Of a stretch of 64,000 nt of DNA, positions 12,851-24,059 are shown one piece after another (the stretch's first letter is position 1; every line of letters begins with the position of its first letter). Below the pieces are notes generated by a model. That model did not search any database. It had not been told where the DNA came from and saw only the letters and a program-made list of their open reading frames with translations. The position numbers were made by a program, and so were the translations under genes. Origin of the DNA: Okamejei kenojei (taxonomy: Eukaryota). The stretch lies in assembly GCA_035221665.1 (NCBI GenBank), contig CM069147.1, positions 19,778,001 through 19,842,000 of the forward strand. Direction: 5' to 3'.

Positions 12851-14164
12851 GACTTCTTATAGACCTCTGCGTCTCGCGGTCGGACTATACCCTGCCTTAT
12901 AAGAGGGGAAGCCTGTTACGAGGGGAAGAAGCCGATCCTGTGATACTGAGCAGCCTTTGCTCACCTTTCATTGCTTCATATATTTTACAAATCTCAATAG
13001 GCATTTTGATGTTTTAAAGCATTTGAAAAACATTTTTAAAGCGTTTTAAAACTAAGATGACTCACAAGTTTACCTTTTATTATTCTGATTGTTGTTTGAC
13101 CTAAGGATAATTAAGTTTAAATTTAGATCTTAAGCATGATCAAATAACCTTCACCGTTCATCATCAATGCTCTCAATTAATCTGCATTAAAGTTGCTGGG
13201 AACGATAATAGATTTTTTTTTCCAAATTTTCGTTTATATGGTAATATTTGAGATTTGGGATATGGAGTTTGAACTTAGGGAGAAAGTGTGCAATCTTCCA
13301 ATTTGGCTCATTGTTAATTCAATGCTAAATTCAGCAATTTATGATGATCAGTAATTCCAGTTTTGTTGCTCGTTCCAGCATTCACTTTTACTTCTGTAAT
13401 TTCAGATTTCATTCATATATCCTTTTTGTAACTAACTCAAAACATAAATTTTGTAATTCCCTAGTCTTCATCACTCTCTTTCACCAACCTGTTAGTTCTT
13501 CTTTTCTTTCCTCTAGCAGTCCCCTGCTCTGTAACACAAAATGTGTTTAATTTCTAATTTTTGGTTCTGATGAAACCTGAAATATTAACACTCTCTCTGC
13601 CTGAGCTGTTGAGTATATTTCGGATTTTGAGTTGGACTCAACCCTTTGTTTCAAAACTGAAATTACAATAAAGTTAATGTACTTCTAATTATCCATCTTG
13701 GAATATTGTTGAAACTGACTGAGGAAATCTTATTTTTATAACTGCACCAAATTTAGAGATAAGAATCTTTATTACTGATTGTTCCTTTTCAACGTAGCAA
13801 TTGACATTTCCTCAAATTACAAATTATTGGTGAAAGTAATGCCTCTATAATAGCTTTAGAGAATCTATAATGGAACAAATGGTGAGAAAGTCAGATGAAT
13901 AAAATGTAACAAACGGATACTTTTTTCAAATAAGTGTCATTTTATGTATATGTTACTAAATATCTAACTGCAAAGTTGCAACTATTTTCATGCTTCATGT
14001 TCTGGTTTTACACCTGATTTGGAGTTAATCGATCTATATGTATTAAGCATGGAACATTGCAAATAAATACATTTGAATGTCTGTAAATATTCAGAATAAT
14101 TGTAACCATGTTCCCATAGAAACTTGTCCTATATCTATTTAGACTTGCTGGTGCTCAAAAATAT

Positions 14165-14797
14165 TGCTTTTTGTAATTGTAATTAATTTATTAGCCAAGT
14201 ATGTAAAACATACAAGGAATTTGATTTGCCATACAGTTATACCAAAAAAACAACAAGACACACAACTACATAAAATTAACATAAACACCCACCAAAGCGC
14301 ACTGTTTATGGAAGGCAACAAGGTATTATCTTCTTCCCTCCTTTTCTCCCACGGTCGGGGCAGTCGAACCACCCGCAGTCGGGGCGATCGAAGCTCCCAC
14401 GATCGGGGCAGTCGAAGCTCCTGTGGTTGGAGCTCCTGAAGTCGATCCCTAACCAAGGGACTGCGAGCTCCACGATGTTAAGTCCGCAGGCTCCCGCGGT
14501 TCGAGGTCCCAACGTCGATCCCTGACAAAGGGATCGCAAGCTCAATGATATTAAGTCCGCAAGCTCCCACGGTTGGAGCTCCCGAAGTCGATCCCCGGAA
14601 AAGGGACTGCCAGCTCCACGATGTTAGTGCGGAGGGAGATACGATACGGAAAATATCGAGGAAAGAGATTTAAAATGTTTCCCCCACCCCACACATAATA
14701 CAGAACTAAAGATACACTAAAACATACATTTAATAACAGACTAAAAACAACAAAAGAAGAAAAGGACGTGACAGACTGTTGGTTGAGGCTGCCATCA
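14165..14797 (-). mobile_element. Non-autonomous retroelement with internal minisatellite
   Basis: Tandem gtcgatccc/ggagctccc units; its 3' tail matches 63380-63470 in the opposite orientation. Confidence 0.6.
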
Positions 14798-15365
14798 TTT
14801 TAACCGAGATTACCTATTAGATATTTAAATTTCAAATAAACTGATATTTTGGAAAATATACGTGAAGTTCAGGCTGGCAAAGTGCATTGTTTTATAAAGC
14901 ACATTCAAAATTAAAAGTGTTTTTTTTTCTTATTGAGGATACATTAAATCGACACCTCCTTCACTGCTTAATCAGAGAGATTAAATGAATGCAATTCATT
15001 GATAACTTTTGACTTTTCATTAGTTCTCAAGCACCTCCCCTGGTCATTGACTGCTTCATAAGATGCTTTTATCAAATTCCTTTTGTGCCTTCAATAAAAG
15101 TTGCTTTCGACACCTCAGGTCGACATACCTTGGCACAACTATTTCAAATAAGTCACTCAAATGTCTTCCATTTACTGGGTAGTTTAACCTTTTGTCGTAA
15201 AGTATCAGCTGTCGTTATCTTAATGTGTATATTGTATATAGTTTGTCTTGCTATCCAATAGCATCAATTAAATGGTTACATATGAATATTTGATATGTTT
15301 GATTACGATCCCTGAACTGTGATCAGTGGTCAGTCAAACAGAAAACAGATATTTGCCTTAGAATA

Positions 15366-17008
15366 CAGTGCATTCAGAAAGTATTCAGACCCCTTCGCCT
15401 TTTCCACATTTCGTCACGTTACAGTACAGCCTTATTTTAAAATGGATTAAACTCTTTTTTTTTAATCATCAAACTACACACTATACCCCAGAATGAACAA
15501 GCAAACACAGGTGTTTAGAAGTGTTTGCAAAGTAATTAAAAATAAATAACTGAAATATCACATTTACAAAAGTATTCAGACCCTTTGCTGTGATACTCAA
15601 CATTGAGCTTAGGTTCATCCTGTTTCCATTGATTATCCTTGAGATGTTTCTACAACTTGATTGGAATCCACCAGTGGTAAATTAAATTGATTGGACATGA
15701 TTTGGAAAGGCAAACACCTGTCTATATAAGATCCCACTGTTGACAGTGCATGTCAGAGAAAAAACTAAGCCGTGAAGATGAAGGAATTGTCTGTAAGCCT
15801 CCGAGACAGGATTGTGTCGAGACACAGATCTGGGGAAGGATATAAAACAATTTCTGCAGCACTGCAGGTCTCGAAGAGCACAGTGGCCTCTGTCATTATT
15901 AAATGGAAGAAATTTGGAACCACCAGGACTCTTTCGCCGGGCGGCCAGCTCTATGAACTGAGCAATCGGGTGAGAAGGGCCTTGGTCAGGGGGGTGACCA
16001 AGAACCCGACAGTCACTCTGACAGAGCTCCAGAATACCTCTGTAGAGATGGGAGAACCTTTCAGAAAGACAACTATATCTGCAGCAGTCCGCCAATCAGG
16101 CCTTTAAGGTAGAGTGGCCAGATGAAAGCCACTCCTCAGTAAAAGGCACATGACAGCCCGCTTGGTGTTTGCCAAAAGGCATGAGAAACAAGATTTTCTG
16201 TTCTGATGAAACCAAGATTGAACTCTGGCCTGAATGCCAAGCGTCACGGCTGGAGGAAACCAGGCACTGCTCATCAGTTGGCCATCACCATACCACCTCG
16301 GCAATGGTGGATCCCACTGGCAGCATCATGCTTGGGGATTTTTATTTCGCCGGGCGGCGAAGGACACTTGGATCTGGACTAGTCACGATTGAGGGAAAGA
16401 TGAACAGAGCAAAGTACAGAGAGATCCTTGATGAAAACCTGCCGCAGAGCGGTTCTGGACCTAAGGCTGGGGCCTAGGTTCATCTTCCAACAGGACAACG
16501 ACCCTAAGCACACGGTCAAGACAAAGCAGGGAGTGGCTTCGTGACAAGTCTGTGAATGTCCTTAAGTGGCCCAGCCAGAGCCCGGACTTGAACCCGATCG
16601 AACATCTCTGGAGGGACCTGAAAATAGCTGTGCATCGACGCAGAGGATCTGCAGAGAAGAATGGGAGAAATTACCCAAATACAGGTGTGCCATGCTTGTA
16701 GCCTCACACCCAAAAAGACTTGAGGCTGTAATTGTTGCCAAAAGTGCCTCAACAAAGTACTGAGTAAAGGGTCAGAATACTTATTTAAATATGATATTTC
16801 AGTTATTTATTTTTAATTACTTTGGAAAAATTTCTAAACACCTGTTTTTGCTTTTTTATTATGGGGCATTGTCTGTAGATTGATAATAAAAAATATATAA
16901 CATTTATGAATTCCATTAGTTTCCATTTAAAATTCCATTTTAGAATAAGGCTGTAACTAACAAAATGTGGAAAAAGTGAAGGGGTCTGAATACTTTCTGA
17001 ATGCGCTG
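15366..17008 (+). mobile_element. Full-length Tc1/mariner transposon (IR/DR type), transposase frameshifted
   Basis: TA|cagtgcattcagaaagtattcagacccc ... ggggtctgaatactttctgaatgcgctg; inner DRs near 15570 and 16766; [24 protein letters not shown] and [11 protein letters not shown] motifs. Confidence 0.93.
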
Positions 17009-17275
17009 TGTGACTGAAGCCACCTTTACTGTACTAAATCCGGGTTGTGTTTCACTGCCATATCAGAGTTGTGATCAGCATACTCCAAAATTGCCCTGTT
17101 GAATTAAGTAAGGATTTTAGTAAACTCGAAGAACACCACAAGCAAAATCCTAAATGCAACTTACTGAGGAAGTTAGAGAAAATCAAGCCGACAGCTGCCG
17201 ACAGGAATGGATGTGCAGTAGGAAAGCAAGTGTGGTATAGAAAACAAAAACCATAAAATAAAATAAAGTTGTCTT

Positions 17276-17281
17276 TTTAAT
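17276..17281 (-). terminator. Candidate ATTAAA polyadenylation signal of the DGAT1-like gene
   Basis: ATTAAA 8 nt after the stop on the minus strand, followed by a U/GU-rich tract (reverse complement of 17241-17270). Confidence 0.3.
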
Positions 17282-17289
17282 AATGAATG

Positions 17290-17439
17290 TTATGCATTTG
17301 CCTTACGTTCATGATAAATATAGTAATCATGAATGTACATATGCACTAGTAAAGGAGGACCTAAAATAATGCAAATCCATACAATTGCATTTCCATAGAG
17401 TCCTCTTACATATTTATTTAGAATCCATGCAGTGGGAAC
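17290..17439 (-). CDS. DGAT1: DGAT1-like terminal coding exon (VPTAWILNKYVRGLYGNAIVWICIILGPPLLVHMYIHDYYIYHERKANA*)
   Basis: gactttttccacag|GTT...TAA; aligns to [40 protein letters not shown]; stop at 17290-17292. Confidence 0.96.
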   Translation of the reverse strand, partial: VPTAWILNKYVRGLYGNAIVWICIILGPPLLVHMYIHDYYIYHERKANA

Positions 17440-18198
17440 CTGTGGAAAAAGTCAAAAACAGCATTAGTCAAGTATGGAAGATATTCAGCGAGAAAAAAAG
17501 GCATTACTATAAGTACATTAAAAGTAGCCAATGTTACAGCTAGATTATCTTCTGAAGATCAAAATCTAGTCATAAATCATTGCAACATAAACTTCCATTT
17601 TGGCAAAGTTTTATTCAGTTTAATGAATAAATGGCCTTTAGCCCTACTCTCCAATTCAATTTCCATGCTGATTCTGCCTCATGTAATCACCATATTGACT
17701 GATTACATTTTTGTTCAAATGTCTATCTATATCAACCATGAATATAATCAGCGATTGACAGCCGTTTGCAGCAGAGGATTGCAAAGTATTCCAACCCTTA
17801 TAAAGAAATGTAATTCTTCTCAAATCATTCCACAATAGCAGCCAACTAATCTGAGATAGTGCCAACCAGTGGTGTGTGATTCTGCAGAGAGCTTAGACTA
17901 GCAACACAAAACATTTCTGATGACCACATACACAAGCATGGAATTCTAAACCTCTTGAGAGATCTTCATCTGTGTGTAACTCTGTCACAGCAAAACAATG
18001 GAATAATGGAATTCAAAAGCAAACTATCAACATACTGCTATTTCCCAGCAGTTATTTGGGAAATCTGCATGCTAAACCCATATCAGTTTGGATCTAGTAC
18101 ACATTCAATGACTCATTTCAATAAAGAAGAATGGTTCTGAGAGAGAGATGAATAATTTTTCTGTGATTTAGATTTTGTAAATGCTATCTTAAATTGAA

Positions 18199-18855
18199 GA
18201 GCAGTGAAGAAAGCGAATGGCATGTTGGCCTTTATAACAAGAGGAATCGAATATTGGAGCGAAGAGGTCCTTCTGCAGATATACAGAGCCCTAGTGAGAC
18301 CACACATGGAGTATTGTGTACAGTTTTGGTCCCCAAATTTGAGGAAGGACATTCTTGCTATTGAGGGAATGCAGTGTAGGTTTACAAGTTAATTCCCGGG
18401 ATGGCGGCACTGTCATATGCTGAGAGAATGGAGCAGCTAGGCTTGTACACTCTGGAGTTTAGAAGGATGAGAGAGGATCTCATTGAAACATATACGATTG
18501 TTAAGGGTTTGGACATGCTAGAGGCAGGAAACATGTTCCCGATGTTGGGGGAGTCCAGAACCAGGGGCCACAGTTTAAGAATAAGGAGTAAGCCATTTAG
18601 AACGGAGAAGAGGAAATACTTTTTCTCACAGTGAGTGGTGAGTCTGTGGAATTCTCTGCCTCGGCGGCGGAGGTGGGTTCTCCGGATGCTTTCAAGAGAG
18701 AGCTAGATAGGGCTCTTAAAAATAGCGGAGTCTGGGGATATGGGGAGAAGGCAGGAACGGGGTACTGATTGGGGATGATCAGCCATGATCACATTGAATG
18801 GCGGTGCTGGCTCAAAGGGCCAAATGGCCTACCCCTGCACCTATTGACTATTTAT
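18199..18855 (+). mobile_element. CR1 LINE 3' fragment
   Basis: KKANGMLAFI, LVRPHMEYCVQFWSP and TRGHSLRI motifs plus CR1 3'UTR. Confidence 0.9.
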
Positions 18856-18944
18856 TGTAATACTAAATTAATTGTATTTAAAGATCTTGAGTTTTTCTTG
18901 GATCTTGTTTTTTTTAAATGATGAAAGAACAAAAGAGGTTATAA

Positions 18945-19370
18945 AAAATGGCGAACAATGCCTGGTTTATCACGGGTACTGACCTCCTCACCATCAAAGG
19001 GATCTATAGGAGGCGCTGCCCCAAAAACAGCCAACATCAAGAACCCACACCGCCCTGGCCATACTATCACTCCTGGCATCGGGAAGAAGGTATAAAAGCC
19101 TGAAAATCATGACATCCGGGTTCAGGAACAGCTTCTACCCAACAACCATCAGGCTATTTAACACTACAAACGCTAACTAAATTCTGAACTACCAACTGTC
19201 TTGGTTGCAACTAGGGTTTGTTTCGATTTGCACTATATTGAGTTTTTAATTTATTGAACTTTTTTGTTTATGTTATCTATTAAGTACTGCGTTTACAAAC
19301 TTGTGCTGCTGCAAGTAAGAATTTCATTGTTGCGTTTGAGTACATATCACAATTAAACACTCTTGACTCT
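18945..19370 (+). mobile_element. Rex1/Babar LINE 3' end
   Basis: Matches the reverse complement of the 10696-11100 tail (ttcaggaacagcttc...cactcttgactct). Confidence 0.65.
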
Positions 19371-20119
19371 TAAATTTCTACATGTAGTTTAAAAAAAACA
19401 AATGTTTTATAATATTAATTTGTAGTAGTTGTTGAATGTTTGTGTCAAAGGCATTTACAATCAAAGGCTTTTGAAAAGGTTATTCCAGGAAGCTGGGCTT
19501 ATTATTTATCATTAGGCCTAAATAGAGTGGATGTTTCCAGTAATGAGAGTCTGGAACCAGACATTGGCCACAATTACTGTAGGGTTTACTTGATCGTGGA
19601 AATGCAGTACAAATGCAAATCATTATTTTTGCTTTTGACATATGATTAGAGCCAGGATGTTTAGGCACTAAAAAACACTGACGTATTCAGGCAAAAAGGC
19701 ATAATAAAATTACAAAAAGGCACGAAAAAAGGCATTTATTGACAAAAAAGGCATGAAAGGCATTTATTTCCACCACCAAAATATGGCTAAAAATGATAAT
19801 ATAAAGGTATATTGCATTAAATGAACAGTTGCCTGGTTGCACAAAGTTACAAACATTATTTTCAAATAATCAGCTGTTAAACTATGTCGTCTGTCATGCA
19901 GAATATGCTTCAGTTGTGAAAAACTCCTTTTTCCCTTAGCTGAGGTCACTGGTGCATACCCGAAACATGCTACAGACTTTATATTCATGTCGATAGCTTG
20001 TGGCATTACAACTACTTTTAAGAACTTTAGCTATGTTTTCTATTTCTTCAAGATCTTTGTTAGCTAAAATCACTCTCTCACATTTTCCTTGCATGTCTTT
20101 ACCTACATCGCCAGGAACA

Positions 20120-20720
20120 AAACCAACCTACAGCCATTATGCACATTACAAAAAAGAGCAATAAGAATCATCAATAACGTTGATTATCTTGAACATACCA
20201 ATTTATTATTTTAAAGTCACATACACTGAAGATCACCGATCTGGTTAAATTTAAGACTGCACAAATCATGTACAAAGCAAGAAATAATTTACTTCCGGGA
20301 AACATACAAAAACTGTTTATGGAAAGACAGGACGGGTATAATTTGAGATGGGAACTTAATTAAAAAAAACTCAATGTCAGAACAACTGTTAAAAGTATGT
20401 GCATAGCAATCTGTGGGGTGAATTTGTGGAATAGTTTGGAAAAGGAGATAAAACTTAGCACAAACACAATTCCATTTACAAAGATGTACAAAAACACTTT
20501 TTTTAAAAGATATTTAGATGAGGATAAGTGATTTTGAGTGGGATATTTGTTATACTGATTGCATTGGGAAGTGATTATAGGGTGATGGGTTGTATATATG
20601 ATTAAGAGATACTGTATAGTACATGAGGATTTTTTCTTTTTTTTCTCTCTTTTTTGTATGGCTTTGTAAATATTTGATTACTGTATAAATCTAAATAATT
20701 TGGTGTACATATGGAAATAG
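20120..20720 (+). mobile_element. L2/Crack/Daphne-group LINE 3' fragment nested in the hAT
   Basis: + frame LQKRAIRIINN..YLEHTNLLF..., GVNLWNSL, typical of ORF2 C-termini in this group. Confidence 0.65.
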
Positions 20721-20727
20721 GTGCTTA

Positions 20728-21595
20728 TCTATATTACTAAACGTCTGATCTTGACCACCTCCTGTTGTTCTGTATATTGATTTTAGAAAAAACGCTGCCA
20801 CTTACGGCTGTGATTTTTGGCCATCTTACTCAGTCCCCCTCCGCTGCGCAGGACAAGAGGATTTTTCCCATCGATTAAAACAAGAGTTATTAGTGTTTAA
20901 AAAATGTTGAGATTCTCTCTCCTGAAGGCCACGCCCCTTCCAGAGGGACTATAAAACCCAGAAGTATTGAGTGCCTCAGTCAGTCTCTGCAAGATGGGGG
21001 AGCGAGAGGGTCACGTCTCTCAGTCTGAGCTGTGAAAAACACTGAACACATGTCTACTGAACTGCGAGTGGTTTTGCTGACCTGTCAGTGCCCTTAATGT
21101 GGTTTGAAAATATAGCTTGGAAATGCTAAAGCTGTGTTGCCTTTGGTTTGGAAATGCGAAAGCTGTGTTGCCTTTGGTTTGGAAATGCTAAAGCTGTGTT
21201 CCCTAATTAAAGTTGCCTTGCCTAATTAAAGTTGCCTTGCCTAATTAAAGTTGCCTTGCCTAATTAAAGTTGCCTTGCATAATTAAAGTTGCCTTGCCTA
21301 ATAAAAGTTGCCTTATGTTCCATATAATTAAAAGTAATCTTGACCACTTCCTGTTTGCGCTTTATATTGATTTTAGAAAAAATGCTACCATGTACGGCTG
21401 TGATTTTTGGCCATCTTACTCGGAGTCCTCCTCCGCTCATCAGGTGCTGAGGATTTTTCCCATCGATGAAAAATAAAGGTTATCAGTGTTTTAAAAATGT
21501 TGTGATTCTCTCTCCTGTCAATCATGCCATGAATGCCACGTCCCTTCTGGTGGGAGGGGGGGACTATAAAACCCAGAAGAGTGGGCGTGGCAAAA
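20728..21595 (+). mobile_element. Non-autonomous Helitron, 5' part
   Basis: Starts a|tctatattactaaa; internally duplicated; 19-bp (ctaattaaagttgccttgc) tandem array; homologous to 24980-25690. Confidence 0.7.
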
Positions 21596-22589
21596 TAAAT
21601 AATTAAATTTAAAATTAATTAATTAATTAAAACATGTTATGAATATCGTCAGTTACTTAGTTGAAAACCTGCAAGTTATTCACTAATGTTTCGCCACGTT
21701 TCTCAAGAGAAGTGATAGATTGTGGGAAGTTTGCAAAATTGGAAGCAGTAAACACAAGACCATGGTGGAGGGACTTTTTCTGCATGATTTCACTGAACGA
21801 TCCTGACTGCAGCAGATTCTTCTTCTTCAAAACAGTTGATGATTTATTTTACCTTTTCAAAATTTGCAGCATAGTAGAGTACAGCGGAGAGCCATGTACC
21901 CCACCTAGTCAAAACGGGCTGAGGAGGTAGCGGAATCTAGGGTGCCATTTCTTTGAACAACTGCACACGTGACGGTGCTTTGTGGAAGATTTTCTTGACA
22001 TTGGAAACTAGGCGATCAACATTTGGAAACAAGCTACGTATGTGGTTGGTTTGAATGGCAATTCTATGAAGTCTTTGAGCTAAGCATGACAAATGCAACA
22101 TTTTGGGGAATAAAGCTGTAAGTCACAAACAGAAGAACATTCTTGTGTTTTATACCTTCTGGCCAAAGTACAGCAACTGAAGATGTAAACAACTGAGCAA
22201 TAGTTGAGCTGTTTGACTTCTCCAATGTTTGACTTCTGATGTCAACAAATACTTCTTTGATGGTTGACTTGCCTCCAGTGCATCGATGACCACATTGGCA
22301 ACATATCTCCCCACAGCATTGGTTGTCTTGTCTATTGAGATCCATATTTTGTTGCATGCAACTTCATCTCTAATTTTCTGCACAACAATGTTGAAGTTGC
22401 TGTCAACATAATTTTTCCGTAATGATGATTCACTTGGTATATGTTCCTCTGTGTATTTCTCTAAAAAATCTCTGAGAGATTTGTTTTCCAATTTCCACAC
22501 TGAAATTCCAGGATCAATGAATGCACAAATCACTCGAAAACTCAGATTTGCGACTGAAGCCAGCAGTAAATGTAGTGAGGAGAGAAGCT

Positions 22590-23035
22590 TTGGTATTTCG
22601 CTTGGGTAGTCTACACCCGAGCAGTATCAACATTGACTTCTCTACTTTTAGATAACCTTTATCTTCTCCCTCCTCCCCTCCCCCGTCCCAGCTCTCTTTC
22701 TGGTCCTACTGTCTCAGCCTCTTCCTTTTTTTCCCCGCCACCCCCCCCCCATATCAGTCGGAAGAAGGGTCTCGACCCGAAACGTCGTCTATTCCTTCTC
22801 TCCATAGATGCTGCGTCACCCGCTGAGTTTCTCCAGGGGGTGAAAGATTGCAACTTTCATGTGGTCCACCCTGTTTTGAGGAATGCAATCATCCCGGCGT
22901 GCACAATCAAATAAGATCAAATAGAACATGTTGTCCTACAACTTTAGGCTGTGCACGCCATATGCAAGAAGATGTTTCTCTGGTATTTTTTGACTACCTT
23001 CGATTTTTTTGAGCATCTGCAGTTCTTTCTTAAAA
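22590..23035 (+). mobile_element. Penelope-like 3' fragment nested in the hAT
   Basis: ORF end (tttcgcttgggtagtctacaccc...aacattgacttctct) plus hammerhead-type tail at 22755-22790. Confidence 0.75.
22837..22972 (+). mobile_element. Older, degenerate copy of the ribozyme-headed retroposon
   Basis: Collinear with 42819-42960 from the same 5' GGGGTG start; inserted in a Penelope tail with a degenerate TSD (gtttctccag / gtttctctgg). Confidence 0.8.
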
Positions 23036-23500
23036 AGATCTTGGAGAAGAATGAACCAGCGGGCAGCGGCACGAACGAAAGAACCGACGATGGTGCCCCC
23101 GGTGGTGGAAATTTTCTTGTAAGTTATACTATGTTAACACGTTAATAATAACATTAATATTAACGTGTTAGCATAGAGAACATCATTGCAATCACGGTAC
23201 AACTGGAGAAAATAGCACGATCTTTTGGCAAAACAGCCAAAAAAGGCTGATTTAGGCACTCAATTATTTTTAATGATTATCCTGGAGAAATCGTCAAAAA
23301 AGGCATGAAAAGGCACATGGCATTTAAGGCAAAATCCTGGCTCTACTTATGATTATGTTTGCAGTGTAGTTGTCCTCGACCCTTGGTGTGTATGTTGGTG
23401 ATAGGACTTTAGGTGTAATTTACAACTGGAAGTTACTAATGTTTACTTAAAATAATGAATAACATATAACAAAGATCACAAAAAAGTTAAGTAGCCTTAC

Positions 23501-23563
23501 CTGCAATATCATCTCCAGAAACATCCAGAAACGGAACATGCCAAGTGGCGCTGCAAACAGATA
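23501..23563 (-). CDS. DGAT1: DGAT1-like exon 16 equivalent (YLFAAPLGMFRFWMFLEMILQ)
   Basis: ttggatatag|TAT...CAG|gtaagg; 63 nt; aligns to [21 protein letters not shown]. Confidence 0.94.
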
Positions 23564-24059
23564 CTATATCCAAATAAAATATGTAGCGTATAGTTATTTA
23601 TTACATAAGCTGAAATAATTCATTTATATTTTGTTTAGTTCAAAAACACATTTAGAAAAGTCTATTTATACTAAAGCCAGCTCTTGCCAGTAGAAATAAT
23701 CATATCAATTACAGTTCTTTGTAGAGACACAAAACCATTGATTTTTCCACTGAATCTTCATACTGTTAATTTTTGATGGAATGTTTTTGCCATTTCTCGT
23801 CGAGCAAATTCATCTTCAATGATCTGCAGCTTCTGCCACAAAACTGACTAAATGAGTAAAAGAACCAACAAGTATTTTCATTCATTGTAATTAGGGTATT
23901 TTTATTCATGTGGGTTTAAGGTGACATATCTGTGAAAATATTCAAGGTTTAACAGCCAAAACATTAATAGAACAGTTATTAGAGATAAATTGGAGGCCAT
24001 ATGCAGCTTAATCTTCCTCCTTCATCACTGCACTCACCACTGAGTCACAGAACAGAGAG

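Larger units (their letters stand above)
19647..23345 (-). mobile_element. hAT-superfamily transposon of the CGGBP1-related type, decayed, with nested insertions
   Basis: TIR tagagccaggat; 8-bp TSD catatgat/cttatgat; subterminal aaaaggca repeats; transposase remnants FLEKYT..IPSESSLRKNYV, KIWISID.TT..GRYVANVVI and YAPVTS...RSFS..KHIL.DRR. Confidence 0.8.

Noticed and set aside
1-15360. Search for HSF1 3' exons (mammalian neighbour of DGAT1)
   Set aside because: No HSF1-like coding sequence recognised.
21120-21320. Regular repeat arrays resembling CRISPR (also 25250-25400 and 14350-14620)
   Set aside because: Head-to-tail minisatellites without unique spacers, inside eukaryotic TEs; no cas genes.
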